Source: Octopus sinensis
Taxonomy: Eukaryota
Assembly: GCF_006345805.1 (NCBI RefSeq)
Contig: NC_043015.1
Span: 46,438,001 to 46,502,000 of the forward strand
Length of the DNA stretch: 64,000 nucleotides
Direction: 5' to 3'
Shown: in pieces, positions 49,490-63,050 of the stretch
Position numbering within the stretch: the first letter of the stretch is position 1
Layout of the letters: every line of letters begins with the position of its first letter
Position numbers and translations under genes: made by a program
Notes under the pieces: model-generated
What the model was told of the DNA's origin: nothing
Databases searched by the model: none
The model's input: the letters and a program-made list of their open reading frames with translations, nothing else

Positions 49490-50060
49490 GTTTAACGTCC
49501 GCTTTCCATGCTAGCATGGGTTGGACGATTTTGACTGAGGGTTGGCGAACCAGATGGCTGCACCAGGCTCCAATCTTGATCTGGCAATGTTTCTACAGCT
49601 GGATGCCCTTCCTAACGCCAACCACTCCGAGAGTGTAGTGGGTGCTTTTACGTGCCACCGGCACGGGGCCAGTCAGGCGGCACTATCAACGACCTCGCTC
49701 GAATCTTTTACACATCCCACCGGCACAGGTGCCAGTAAGGCGATGCTGGTAACGATCACGCTTGAATGGTGTCTTTTACATGTCACCGGCACAGAGGCCA
49801 GATAGTCGCTCTGGCAACGATCACGCTCAGATGGTGCTCTTAATACCCTACTAGCACAGGGCTCGAGTGCCAGTAATGCGACGCTGGTAACAATCACACT
49901 CCAATGGTGCCTTTTAAGTGTCACTGGCATGGAAGCCGGTTAGTCGCTCTGTCAACGATCACACTCGTATGGTGCTCTTTGCACCCCGCTAGCATGGACG
50001 CCAGTCATCTAATATGATTTTGATTTTTGATTTTTGATTTCACTTGCGTCAACAGGTCTT
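49470..50060 (-). mobile_element. SINE family D ((GAT)n tail, RTE-type 3' end) with internal repeats
   Basis: (cat)n then ttaacgtccgctttccatgctagcatgggttggacg... Other copies at about 29270-29450, 31660-31850, 39930-40340, 45590-45765, 47760-48108, 59060-59815. Confidence 0.75.
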
Positions 50061-52007
50061 CGCAAGCAGAGTTTTAGTGTCCAAAGAAGGAAAAGGTACG
50101 CAATAACAAAGGGCTGGTAATGCCCCTGGCATAGGCCATGTAAATAAAAAGATAGAACCATGAATTCTTGTAGAATTGTGGACATTCAACCACTAGAGAT
50201 AGCAGGGATTCATCTCCTCACCAGCAATATATGAGAAAAAAAAACAGTACCAGAACAGGCACTTGTGCTGAAATTAGCCATTGAGCTTGTAAAAAAAAAA
50301 AGTTCTGCAGGAGTGGCTGTGTGGTAAGTAGCTTGCTAACCAACCACATGGTTCTGGGTTCAGTCCCACTGCGTGGCATCTTGGGCAAGTGTCTTCTGCT
50401 ATAGCCCCGGCCGACCAATGCCTTGTGAGTGGATTTGGTAGACGGAAACTGAAAGAAGCCTGTCGTATATATGTATGTATATATATGTGTGTGTTTGTCC
50501 CCCCTAACATCGCTTGACAACCGATGCTGGTGTGTTTACGTCCCCGTCACTTAGCGGTTCGGCAAAAGAGACCTGTAGAATAAGTACTGGGATTACAAAG
50601 AATAAGTCCTGGGGTCGGTTTGCTCGACTAAAGGCGGTGCTCCAGCATGGCCGCAGTCAAATGACTGAAACAAGTAAAAGAGTAAAAGAGTATACAATAG
50701 ATCTACATGCTGTAATTCCCTACGTAGTACAGATCTCTACCTACAACAGAATTCTATCTTTAATAGTATCTGTATACTATAGGTCTCTACATGCTATGGA
50801 TCTTTACATACTATAGATTGCTACATACATATCCCTGCATACTGCAGCTTTCTACATTACAATAGAACCCAACACACTATAATTTTATATATCCTATACA
50901 ATTTATACATCTGTAGAACTCTGTATACACTCAACAGAACAATGGAACAGCCTGTTTGTGAAATTAACATGCAAGTGACTGAGCACTCCACAAACACAAG
51001 AACCCCTTAATGTAGTTCTTGGGGAGAACAACATTAAGGGGTTCTTGTACTTGACACAGAATTTGACAAGACCGGCTTTTTGAATTGCAGGTACAACTCA
51101 TTTTTGCCAGTGAGTGTACTGGAGCAGCATGAAATTAAGTGTCTTGCTCAAGGACACAATGCGCTAACAGGAACCGAACTCATGATCGTGAGTCAATTAG
51201 CTTAACCACTAAGCCACATGCCTTCACTTTGTATAAACTATAGATCTCTATATATTATATATATAATATGTTTAGTCTCAAGTCAGTCCTGATTGAGTAG
51301 AGATATGATCAAAGCATTGTTGCTGCCTACACCAAAGATTTGTTTTATCTTCATGCAGTGAACTGCAACTTAAGCCTGGCGGGTTTCTTCCTTCTTTAAG
51401 TTGTGGTTATTGAAACATTTCACCTTTGCACGGCAAGCCAAATAAATATATTATATATTATATATATTATATATATATTATATATATATTATATATTATA
51501 TATATAATATGCACCAAATGGCAGTTGCTAAAAAGCTTTCGTGAAGTAAAACCATGTAGCAACACCAAATGGCGGTGCCCCAGCATGGCCACAGCTCATG
51601 AGCTGAAACTAGAATCAATCAATCAATCAATCAATCATACATCACTACTACTTCAGATAGTGGAGGCACATGGCCTAGTGGTTAGATCAGCGGACTCACA
51701 GTTGAGGGATCGCGGGATCGAATCTCAGACTGGGGGATGTGTGTGTTTATGAGCGAAACACCTAAGCCCCACGCGGCTCTGACAGAAAGTAATGGCAAAC
51801 TTCTGCTGACTCCTTCGCCACAACTTTCTCTCACTCTTTCCTCCTGCATCTTGCAGTTCACCTGCAACGAACCAGTGTCCCATCCAGGTGGGGAACCTAT
51901 AGACCAAGGAAACCGGTAAACCGGCCCTTATGAGCCAGGCGTGGCTCGAGAAGGAACAAACTATGTCTCCAAGGGTTCTCATTCAAATAAAACCAAAAGC
52001 AACTTAC

Positions 52008-52061
52008 CGAGTATTTTCGTCATTGGTGTAAAGTTTTATGGCACAAAATCCACACGATGTA
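52008..52061 (-). CDS. USB1: USB1 exon 4 (54 bp)
   Basis: (S)TSCGFCAIKLYTNDENT(R); size and phase match human USB1 exon 4 as I recall it. Confidence 0.92.
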
Positions 52062-53262
52062 CTAAAGGAAAAAGAAATAACAAAGATACATAGATATGTG
52101 TGGCATGGAAAATATGATGGGATTCTATCAGTTTCCATCAACTACAAACTCAGAAATCTTTTGTCAGCTTAGAGCTATAGTAGAAAAAACTTACTCAGGG
52201 TGAGCTGGCGGAAACGTTAGCATGCTGAGTGAAATGCTTATCGGCATTTCATCTGCCGCTATGTTCTGAGTTCAAATTCTGCCAAGGTCAACTTTGCCTT
52301 TCATCCTTTTGGGGTCGATTAAATAAGTACCAGTTATGCACTGGGGTTGATATAATTGACTTAATCCGTTTGTCCGTCCTTGTTTGTCCCCTCTGTGTGT
52401 AGCCCCTTGTGGGCAGTAAAGAAATAAGAAAAAACTTGCTCAGGGTGCTATGCAGTGAGACTAAACCCAAGACCACATGGTTGGGAAGCAAATTTCTTAA
52501 CCACACAGCCACACCTGCACCGAAACAGTACTATAAAATAAACAAGTGCTTTATTTGGCTTGCAGTGCAAAGGTGAAATGTTTCAATGACCACAACTTAA
52601 AGAAGGAAGAAACCCACCAGGCTTAAGTTGCAGTTCACTGCATGAAGATAAAATAAGTCTTTGGTGTAGGCAGCAACAATGCTTTGATCATATCTCTACT
52701 CAATCAGGACTGACTTGAGACTAGACAACAACAGCAATAACAAATTCTAGGCAGCTGCTCTCTTACTTCACCACAAGACAGACTTTTAATAATGGTTTCA
52801 AATTCTCTTTCCATAAAACCCATGAACTCACCCACCCTCTCCAATCTCCAGTCCACTTCCCTGTAATTTGGGTCTACCTCCACCTCCAACATCACATCTT
52901 CCCCATCTTCTCTCTCTCTCTCTCTTCTTTCTCCCCACTTGGAGTAGCCATGAATAAGTAGTAGGCTTACAAAGAATAAGTCTTGGGGTCGATTTGCTTG
53001 ACTAAAGGCAGTGCTCCAGCATGGCCGCAGTCAAATGACTGAAACAAAAGAGTAAAAGAGTAAATACTGAATAGCATTCTCTCTGACACTCTACAGTTTC
53101 TGCCAATTCCCAACCCCAAGGCATACATTCAATAACCCTCATGCACACATCACTGGGCTAAGAGAGCTATGTTGTTACATTCTGTCCGTTCTAAAACCAA
53201 ACATCCAGGTAGATCAAACATATATATGCACATACATACATATACATACATAATAAAAAAAT

Positions 53263-53512
53263 AAATGCGCCCTTTTAAAGCCTAGCCAGGCTCATGGGCC
53301 CGGTTTCCCGGTTTCAATGGCGTATGTGTTCCCCAGCTGGATGGGATGCCAGTCCATCGCAGCGTTACTCCTTTTTGCCAGCTGAGTGGACTGGAGCAAT
53401 GTGAAATGAAGTGCTTTGCTCAAGAACACAACGCGTCACCCGGTCCAGGAATCGAAACCACAATCTTATGATCATGATGCTGACACCCTAACCACTAAGC
53501 CACGCACCTCCA
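53263..53512 (-). mobile_element. tRNA-derived SINE family E (CORE/V-like body)
   Basis: Head ggaggtgcgtggcttagtggttagggtgtcagc; body ttgtgttcttgagcaaagcacttcatttcac...gatggactggcatccc; related copy at about 35510-35800(+). Confidence 0.7.
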
Positions 53513-53605
53513 CATATACATACATAAGCTTTCTGTATTACACATGGTTAAGATTTTGATCTTCTCTACACGTTTCAGCACAGAAGTATAAAAAATTGTA
53601 CAAAC

Positions 53606-53786
53606 CTGACAGCATCCTGTAGACTTACTGACAGACTGTCAGTGAGAGGCTGAATCCAATGATGACGTATTGGCACTGTCTTTGACAAACTAAGATGAAG
53701 CTGAGAGAATGCTTTGAAATCTGCAAAAGGCTCCAGTTCCGAAAGTAGAAGTCTCTGTATTTCTGCAAAGTGTTCGTTTCTTTCCA
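53606..53786 (-). CDS. USB1: USB1 exon 3 (181 bp), first HxS motif
   Basis: (V)ERNEHFAEIQRLLLSELEPFADFKAFSQLHLSLSKTVPIRHHWIQPLTDSLSVSLQDAV. Confidence 0.95.
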
Positions 53787-55175
53787 CTGGAGAAAGGAAG
53801 AACAGTAATAAAATTTAGCTGAAAAAAATCTTCCCCAAAATTACTTACTAATGTAACAGCATAAAAAAAAAAATCCTCCTCCTCCTCATCATCATTATTA
53901 ACTTTTAGCATGCTGGAGACACATTATGTTGCAGTATGAGTTTTCTCCCCTCTCAATGTGACACAATACATCTGCTGCTACAGGGGACAAAACTCATAAA
54001 AATGTCATGGTGCACGTAAGTGTGCTAAAGGTTAAGATCCACTTTTTCATGCATGGCTCAGATAGAAATTTATTGAGACAAATTTTCTACAGCCAGATGT
54101 CTTTCCTTTCACCAACCCTGACCTGTTTCCAAGTAAGGTAATATTTCTCTATGACCAGACATATTTTTATGGAAAACGACACAGCTTATATAACAATGGC
54201 ATACAACTTGTACATTGTTGTTGTTGTTCTTGCAGTAGAATTTTATGCTTTTGTATACCATAAAATTCGCACGAAAAACTTTTGTGATTTTTATAACTCC
54301 TTGTGAGTTTGTTAATTCCTCGTCACCACTGTTATAATCCAATGTTGAACTGTTGTAACATCCACTCCAGTATAGCAGTATAGTTAGTTAGACAAGTAAG
54401 ACATGACTATCTATGACTGACTACACCCAACTGCTCCTACATCACAGTATTTGTAACGACTAGCACATACCACTTGTCACATGGGAAGAGTGTTCCATTA
54501 TTATTATTATTCTCATAACATAAAGGATAATGATGATGATGGGAAACAGGAATTTAGGTTTGAGTCAAATATAACAAACCACTCCAAATCCTTGTTAGAA
54601 CATCCATGTTTGAAATGTTTTAACTGATAAAGAGCTTATGTAATGGATGCATTTCCTATTGTATATGACACAGACCTGAAATTTACATATTAAATGATTT
54701 CAAAATATCATTATTTGGTTCAATTTCATTATTACAACTTGTATGTGTGTATGCATTCATGCATGTATATATGTATGTATGAGTATATATGTATATGAGT
54801 GTGCCTGGATGGATGGATGGATGGATGAATGGATGGTTGAATGGATATGCACGTTTATGTGTAGCCTTGTCTTGACATTATGTCTACAATGTCTTCCACA
54901 GCTCAACAACATCTTATCAATCTAGCATGTCTGCAACAAATCCAATATCCACCACAAATCTAAAACATCTACCACCATCCTACAATGTCTACAACCACTA
55001 CTTTACAATGGTTACCAAAACACTACCAGACTTATCGGCACTCTGCAATGCCTATGACCACCAGTCTACAGTGCTTATTGCCACAATACAGAATCTTTCT
55101 TACCACCTTACTACAATAATCATACACTTTATCATTTATGATAGATTAAAGAAGCAACTAAGTAAATATCCTTAC

Positions 55176-55321
55176 CTTCAATGTACACATGGGTAGCCCA
55201 GTTACCGGCAAGATGTGGGAAACTTCGAATACGTCCTTCATGAAAATCAGGATTGTCAACGATAGAGATTTCTTTTTCTTTAAACATGTTTTTAATGTCA
55301 TCTGGCAATGGAAGTGGGTCT
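55176..55321 (-). CDS. USB1: USB1 exon 2 (146 bp)
   Basis: (R)DPLPLPDDIKNMFKEKEISIVDNPDFHEGRIRSFPHLAGNWATHVYIE, carrying the USB1 signature GRxRxFPHxxGNWATHVY. Confidence 0.96.
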
Positions 55322-55771
55322 CTGAAATAATTTACCGCAATCATAATTGAAGAGGACAAAAAAAAAGTGACTTGGATTGAAGTATATTTTTCTAACATAG
55401 GCTAAGGCATGACTGAGTTGTAAGAAGTCTGCTTTCCAACCACATGGTTCCAGGTTCAGATCCACTGCATGGCACTTTGGGCAAAAGTGTCTCCTATAAT
55501 AATCCCAGGCCAATCAAAATCTTGTGAGTAGATCTGTTAGACGGAAATTGAAAGAAGCCTGTTGTGTGTGTGTGTGTATCTTTGTGCATGTGTTGGTTCC
55601 CCATACCACTGCTTCACAACTGATGTTGGTTTGTTTACATCCCCATAACTTAGTGGTCCAGCAAAAGAGACCAAAAGAATAAGTACCAAGCCTAAAACAA
55701 TGTCATTCTAAAAATTAAACAATCACATCATTGAAATCTTGAAGCTACAAGATAACACATGATGAATTTAA

Positions 55772-56419
55772 CCCTTTCATTACCAACCCGGCTGAAACCG
55801 GCTCTGGCTCTGTAATACAAATGTCTTGTTTTCATAAGTTTTGAATTAAAATCTTCCACCAAACCTTAATCACAATTAATGTTTCTAACACTTGCTTAAT
55901 GATAACTAAGTTATTTTACTAATTTCTTTGTTATATTTAAAATAATTCTGAACGCCTTACTTCCCTATGCATGGATACATTGAAACTCCGACGTCTGGCA
56001 GCTGACTTGGTAGACACCCATAAAATTATCAACCATCTTACAAACAATAACTCTGAGCACCTTTTCAAACTCCATCTGTCTAACACCCGTGGACATGTTT
56101 ACAAAGTCAGAAAACAGCACAGCTCCCATGACTTTCGGAAACATTTTTTCACACTAAGAGTTGCTGAAGCATGGAACAAACTGCCTGCATCAGTTGTTAG
56201 TTGTCGGAGCACTGCATCCTTCAAAACTTCCATGCTTCCTGAGATTCGCCAACACTACACCTGATTACACATGCACTGTTCACTTTCCAGACATTTGTAC
56301 ATTACTGCATATGCTTTATGCACACTTTTGACAAGTTGTGGTGCACCTGAACACTGTATACAATAATTTCATTATTATTAAAAACAGAGCATCTCAAAAG
56401 AAATATAGTAACGAAAGGA
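55772..56419. mobile_element. piggyBac-like MITE P1 inserted in a P2 copy and itself interrupted by CR1
   Basis: ttaa-ccctttcattacc ... gtaacgaaagga-ttaa; both flanks match P2 interior sequence. Confidence 0.75.
55948..56380 (+). mobile_element. 5'-truncated CR1-type LINE 3' end
   Basis: DTLKLRRLAADL...TRGHVYKVRK...RKHFFTLRVAEAWNKLPASVV...FK, then a (att)n tail; a very short end of the same family at about 31045-31100. Confidence 0.85.
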
Positions 56420-57526
56420 TTAAAACAAGGTGAACAAATAAGCCTTACATTTGATAGAGTAATCTGAATGCTAATGGGTGAATCTATTTTCAGAATGGTG
56501 CCTTGGCAGAAGTATTAAAGCATCAAACAAAATACATTGTAGCATCTGTGCCAGCTTTTAGCATTCTGAGTTGAAAACCCATCAAAGACAACTTTGTTTT
56601 TCATTCCTCACGTGCTGATAAAATAAAGTGCCAGTCGATTACTGGAACTGATTTCATTAACTAAACTGTTCTCTACAAATTTCTGGCGTTTTGTCTTTGT
56701 TAAATACATTTTAATTTTAAATTTGTTGTAAGCATATAGAACTCAACGGAAAGCTTTTAGATATTTACTTGTCTAGTAAAGTGATTTGATCTGATACCAT
56801 GTGCTGAAACTGGAGCAGTTACATTGTGCGACAATAAGCAAAGTTAGCTCCGGCGGAATTTGAACTCAAGAGCGTAAAAAAGCCGGAACAAATGCTGCAA
56901 GGTAGTCTATTGCCTCTAACGATCGATTCGCCTCCTTATGAACCAATAACAAGCAATAATTTCTAACATAGGCAGAAGGCCAGAAATTCAGAGAAAGAAC
57001 TATTTGAAACTATTTCTTGACTTATGCTTATTTTATTGACCCCGGAAAGATGAACGGTAAAGTTGATCTCGCAAGGCATTTGAACTCAGTATTTAAGGCA
57101 CCGTCCACGTACAAATGATTTTGCCAGACAAATATATTTCTTTACTACCCACAAGGGGCTAAACACAGAAGGGACAAAGACAGATAAACGGATTAAGTCG
57201 ATTACATCGACTCCAGTGCGTAACTGGTATTTAATTTATCGACCCCCGAAAGGATGAAAGGCAAAGTCGACCTCGGCGTAATTTGAACTCAGAACGTAAC
57301 GGCAAGCGAAATACGGCTACGCATTTCGCCCGCCGTGCTAACGTTTCTGCCAGTTCGCGGGACGATTCACAGAGACTGATTTCCCAACGTTACTCGACAT
57401 TCGGTCAGGAATAGTTTGCATCTTAACACCGATATCACTCAAACAGGGGAAACATTATCATTGACACCGTTTTACTACAACTCGTGTATTGTCGAGGGAC
57501 AATTTATAAACATACGAAGTTCTCAC

Positions 57527-57672
57527 CTGTGTCGCCTTTTATTATTTATTTCTTTTTCAGGTGTTGCACTACAAGGTGATTTTCGTTTTAAACAACTCTC
57601 CTTGCTGTCTTCCTCATCACCGAGATCAGAATCTGAACTTCCCGAATAATCAACAATTCTTCCACTTGCCAT
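57527..57672 (-). CDS. USB1: USB1 exon 1 (146 bp coding), U6 snRNA 3'-5' phosphodiesterase
   Basis: MASGRIVDYSGSSDSDLGDEEDSKESCLKRKSPCSATPEKEINNKRRH, donor GTGAGA. The seven exons splice in frame to 840 nt (279 aa plus stop). Confidence 0.9.
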
Positions 57673-57788
57673 TAAGATTGAGCCTACCGGTGTTTCACAA
57701 AATTTACTTCCTTATCAATTTTTTTCCATGTGCTTCACTTGTCAAGTGGGTTTCACTGGTGTGCTTGATGTTTGATAAAAGAAAGTTG

Positions 57789-58192
57789 GGATCTTTTCGG
57801 TTTGAACGGCAGTTTTTTCTAGCGGTGTCATATGAAATTGTCACCCACAATTATGACCCTAGAATCGATCTATTGCATTTCAATCTGTTTTAGGGTTAGG
57901 GTTAGGGGGGAAGGGTATCTTTTTTTCTTCACAAATGTAAATAAACCCAATCTGTTTCTTAAACGAGGGACATATTCATACGGCACAGGATGTTTTTAAA
58001 CTCAATAGACGTCACTGATTGGTTGAAATTGAAGAAAAAAAACAACAAATATGTTACAAACTATAGAATTTTCTCAATAAAGCCAAGAGAAAAAGATGTT
58101 TTATAAACACATTCTACCAGTATACGAAGTTTAAAAGTGTATAGTTACGTGGAAATTATTTTTAAAAACTACCGTTCACACCGAAAAGATCC
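57789..58192. mobile_element. MITE family M copy 7, 117 bp upstream of the USB1 ATG
   Basis: TIRs and an exact 8-bp TSD gaaagttg (57781-57788 / 58193-58200). Confidence 0.9.
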
Positions 58193-60286
58193 GAAAGTTG
58201 TCCCACAGCTAAATATATTTTTTACTATTTCTGATTATCAGCATTCTTATGGCAGTATCAGTGGTGAAGAAATGCCGCACAACATTTAATTTCGTTCTCT
58301 TATAGACTGAGTTAAAATCCACCGGGTTCGACATTGCCTTTCACCCGTTATTTGGGAATTGGTGCCCAACTACGTTGTTCCTGGTTCGATCCCACTACGT
58401 GCTGTCTTGAACATTGTTTTCTTGTGAAAATTGTGGCGTTGCTATATTCAGCATCATTTTATATCGTGTTTCTATGCTACAATGAATTAGTGGGTCGTCA
58501 TGTTCTGTATTTTGTAGCATGCACAGCTACAGAAAAAACCAGCTGACTTTGGTACTGTGAACTGAATGTATTTTGATGAGTCAACGAGAGATGTTGTCCC
58601 CATCTAGGAGGGCTGAAGAAGCTTCTTTATCCAGGAGAAGTTTATATTCACATTTACTGTGTCTCCTAAGCTAGGGAGCCTATAATGTAACTCACTGAAT
58701 CCAGATTCCATTTTTACATGGTTTCTACTGCTGGATACCCTTCCTATCACCAATCACTTTACAAAGTGTTCTAGTTCACAAGAGAAGTGATATTTGAGTT
58801 GGACTAAAGAGTGCAATTCATCCTTGAATCAGTTCTTGTGTGTATGCACATCTTTTATCCAAAGGCTATAAACATAATTGAAAAAAGAGGTGCTTAACAA
58901 ACAAAGTCGCTTGTCATATTTGTTCTTTAGCTAGTTCCAGACATTTCCTTGACAGTTTCACTGTCAGAAATGCAGTGAAGCTGTAATTGACCCCCATATA
59001 ACCAATGACATTACACCAATTGTGATATAAAATATAATAAACAGGATTGAGAAGACCCAGCAAGCTAAATTAGACCATAACCTCGTGGCCTATGCCAGGG
59101 GTGTAACCAACCCACTTATGCGTACTTTTCCTTCATTGGACACTAAACTCTATTTGCAAAGACCTGTTGAGACAAGTGAAATCAAAATCAAATTTGATAA
59201 CTGGCATCCGTGCTAGTGGAGCGCTAAGAGCACCATCCAAGCATGATAGTTGCCAGAGCGGCAAACTGGCTTCTGTGCCGGTGGCACATAAAAAGCACCA
59301 TTCAACTGTGATCGTTACCAGCGACGCCTTACTGGTACTTGTGCCGGTGGCACGTGAAATAACAATCAAGTATGGTCGTTGCCAATGCCGCTGGACTAGA
59401 TCCTGTGCAGGTAGCACGTAAAAAACATCATTTGTGTGTGGCCGTTGTCAGTACTGCCTGACTGGCCCTCGTGCTGGTGGCACATAAAAAGGACCCACTA
59501 CACTCTCAGAGTTGAGGCAAGTGAAAATCGAAATCGATCAACATCAATGGAAATTGTAGTTGTGATACCAGTTGTGTAAGAGAACCATCCAAACATGGCT
59601 GTTGCCAGCGCCACCCCGACTGGCCTCAATGCCGGTGGCACGTAAAAAGCACCCACTACAATCATGGAGTGGTTGGCGTTAGGAAGGGCATCAAGCTGTA
59701 GAAACACCGCCAGATCAGACTGGGCCTGGTGCAGCCTTCTGGTTTCCCAGACCCCAGTTGAACCGTCCAACCCATACTAGCATGGAAAGCGGACGCTAAA
59801 CAATGATGATGATTACTAAGAATGAAGGCTTTCCAACTGTGGCTGTCCTTCAAAATAATGCCTTCAAAATCATGTGGGACAACAGGTCCCTTGTCAGGAA
59901 GAGCATCCAGCTGTAGAACAATACCTTACCAATAAATTCCTCTAACCCATGATAACATGGAAAGGCAGACATAAAGATCAAATGAATATATGTAGAGACA
60001 TATATATGTCCTTTTGCTTGTTTCAGTCTTTGAACTGTGGCCATGCTGAAGCACTGCCTTGAATAGTTTAGTCAAACTAATTGATTACTGTACTTACTTT
60101 ATTGGTTTCTTTTACCCAACTGCTAAGTTATGGGGCATAAATAAACCAACAATGGTTTTCAAGCAGTGGTGGAGGTACAAACACAAACACACATGCATAT
60201 GTGTGTGTGTGTGTATGTTGTTATGGTTGAGAATGGTCATATTTTGTCAATTAAACACACTCACTATATACTTGATCATTTCAGCT

Positions 60287-60740
60287 TTATTACCTCTGCC
60301 TTAGCAAAGGCGGAGGTATTGTTTTCAGATGTGCTTGTTTGTCCATGGACAAGATATCTCAAGTTTTGTTTCATTAAACTGAAATGTGTTTTGTAAGAAA
60401 TTTCGTTACGATAAAACTTATCCTTTTAGCTTTTCACATTATTCTGTCAAAAGTGATGCTTTCTGGATGGATTTGGATGAAACTTTCAGTGATGTTTAGC
60501 CACATGACTGGCACGAACTGATTAGATTTTGGGATCAATCCGGTACCGGACAAGGATTCTGGATTATTTTTCCAGTTTTTTTACTTCATTTTTGAGAGTA
60601 GTTGGGTCCATATTTAGTATTCTTGTTTGTGGTAGCAGTCAAGTTTATTTCAGATATTCCTATTTTAAAAATCATTTCAGGCTAATCATTGAGAGGACAG
60701 TGTTGCCTTGGCGGAGGTTTGCGCTGAGTGCTCTTGTAAT
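60287..60740 (+). mobile_element. Non-autonomous Helentron/HINE-like element
   Basis: 5' ttattacctctgcc...ggcggaggtattgttttc, 3' cttggcggaggtttgcgc...gagtgctct (subterminal inverted repeat), T-rich flanks. Confidence 0.5.
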
Positions 60741-61719
60741 TATTATTTTAGTTTCTTTGTCAAAGTTCTTTTGTCACACACCTGTGACCTCTTCACCAAC
60801 TCTCTATCCCAAGTGTCTCTTATTGTTCTGCTTATTCCATTTTGTCTTTCTATGGCATCTGTCTCTATTTGCACATGCAATTGCATCTGTATCTTTGTGC
60901 GTGTGCATGTGTTTGCTTACTACACTGTTTGCACTTGTCTTTTACTTTTTTTTTCTCATTCTGTCTTCAGTATGTGTATGCGTTTCCTCAAACAGGGATT
61001 ACTTGGAGCTAAAACTAATAGTTTTCACACAGATAAAACACCAGAAACCTCCACCAAAAAATGTGCACATGCGTGTGTGTGTGTATCGCAGTGAAATTTT
61101 TTTTACCCCCATCAACATAGTCACTATCATCATCATCGTTTTAAGGCTCACTTTTCATGCTTCAATGGGTCAGGTGGAATTTGTTGAGGCAGATATTCTA
61201 TGGTCAGATGCCCTTCATGTTGTCAACCCTCATCTGTTTCCACACAAGGTAATATTTCCCCACGGTTAGACATGCTTTCACAGAACATTGAATTGAAAAC
61301 AAATGACACACCTTGCATGAAGATACTCATTTACAACTACTGCACAATGTCAAAACAAGGAGACATGCACCCCATGTGCGTATCTTCTTTCCATCTACCA
61401 AATCATTCCAGAGTCTTTGGTAGTCACTTTGTTAATGAGAAAACAAATAAAGTTTGGTTCCTTATAATTCTTTGCCATGATGTTAGAGAAGTCTTTATTT
61501 TGTCAGACATAGAAATTTCTCTGCCCCTTTTCCTTATCCTCACAGACTTACCCCTACTATGAAAAGCACTGGGCTAAATAACAAAGACAATGACAGGTCC
61601 CTTACCCCTTAGGGGTCATTGGGGCAATGCAGCTATGCAGTGTATCTTGGGCGAGAAAGCCTGGCAGAGTCCATACCTCTCCAGACTAAACTCATTTCTA
61701 CAGCCGGGTGGACTGGAGA

Positions 61720-62165
61720 CTTAGACTAGACTAGACTTGACAGCATTCACCCGGGGTGGGTTGAGCTGGCTTCATTCATACTCAATGCTGCATCTCTCAC
61801 AAATGCCGACCAGGCCTGGCGATTTGAGGCTAACGACCGCGTGACCTCCAACCATTCCTTATTCCAGCAGTGAACGCCGTAGATATGGGGGCCCAGGTTG
61901 GGTTCCAGATCAGCCAGGTTTTTCGTTGTCCACCACATCGCTTTCGCCAACCCTGAAGGGGAGCTGGGGCAATTACTTCGTAGATGAATTCTCCTGGTTG
62001 ACAACAGAGGGCATGACCCAGCCAACGCAGACATCTCGTTAGGATGACTTGTCGGAGGGAGGTGATTCTGCACTGGTGTCGCACCGAATTGTTGGAGACA
62101 AAGTGATGCCATTGGACATGAAGGATGCAGCGTAGACAGAGGTGATCAAAGGATTCTAGCGACTA
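61720..62165 (-). mobile_element. RTE-like LINE 3' end
   Basis: LRWLGHAL...RCGGQRKTW...LASNRQAWSAFVRDA...STHPG*, with a (gtcta)-type tail. Confidence 0.8.
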
Positions 62166-62636
62166 GAAACCTTCGACTAGAGTGGACTGGAGCAACATGA
62201 AATTAAGTGTTTTGCTCAAGAACAGAATGGATCACTCGGTCCTATTTCTTTACTACCCACAAGGGGCTAAACACAGAGGGGACACACAAGGACAGACAAA
62301 CGGATTAAGTCGATTACATCGACCCCAGTGCGTAACTGGTTCTTATTTAATCGACCCCGAAAGGATGAAAGGCAAAGTCGACCTCGGCGGAATTTGAACT
62401 CAGAACGTAACGGCAGACGAAATACGGCTATGCATTTTGCCCAGCGTGCTAACGTTTCTGCCAGCTCGCCAGGGATCAAAACCACAATACCCTAACCACT
62501 AAGCCACTTGTCTCCACAAATAAAAAGAACATTGAATAACCCAGATAGCTTTAGTGCTATCTCCTTTCTTTCACTGTCAACCAGAACAATCAAACTCCAC
62601 TCATTACATACTGTCTCCTATCTCCACACCCTACAC

Positions 62637-62833
62637 CAGTGCTTTTCAAACTTTTTGCTGGAGTGGAACCCCAAGGAAACATTCCACTGGCTCGAGGAAC
62701 CCCCGTGCAATAATTTAATAGTCTTATGCACACATATCTGCACAGGAGACTTAAAAATTACTGCCGATTTTAGCAGTTTTGTAACTTCTTGCGGAACCCT
62801 AAGGTTCCGTGGAACCCTGGTTGAAAGCCACTG
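62637..62833. mobile_element. hAT-type MITE, 197 bp
   Basis: TIRs cagtgcttttcaa / ttgaaagccactg; exact 8-bp TSD ccctacac. Confidence 0.9.
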
Positions 62834-63050
62834 CCCTACACTAACCACAATAACCAATCTTTCCTCTGTTGAATTCAATCTATTTGGAATTCCTTGCTTG
62901 CTCTTTCCATGTTTTTCTTGCAGTAATTCAAGAACATCAACCACATCAATCTCACAGGTCTCGAGAAAGCTATAGACACATTCCTGTACCAAACCAAACC
63001 AGACCATTAAAAGAAATTTTTCTTTTGTTTTTAAATCAAGTAATTAAATA

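Noticed and set aside
54109-54342. MDYNSGDEE ORF resembling the USB1 N-terminus
   Set aside because: It starts at TTG, lies inside intron 2 in the wrong order, and the true exon 1 is at 57527-57672.
58334-59060. Possible first exons of a + strand gene divergent from USB1
   Set aside because: Only short open stretches with no recognisable protein or consistent splice chain.
60529-61269. 246-aa + strand ORF
   Set aside because: Runs through a Helentron-like repeat, T-rich low-complexity DNA and a SINE fragment; no domain content.
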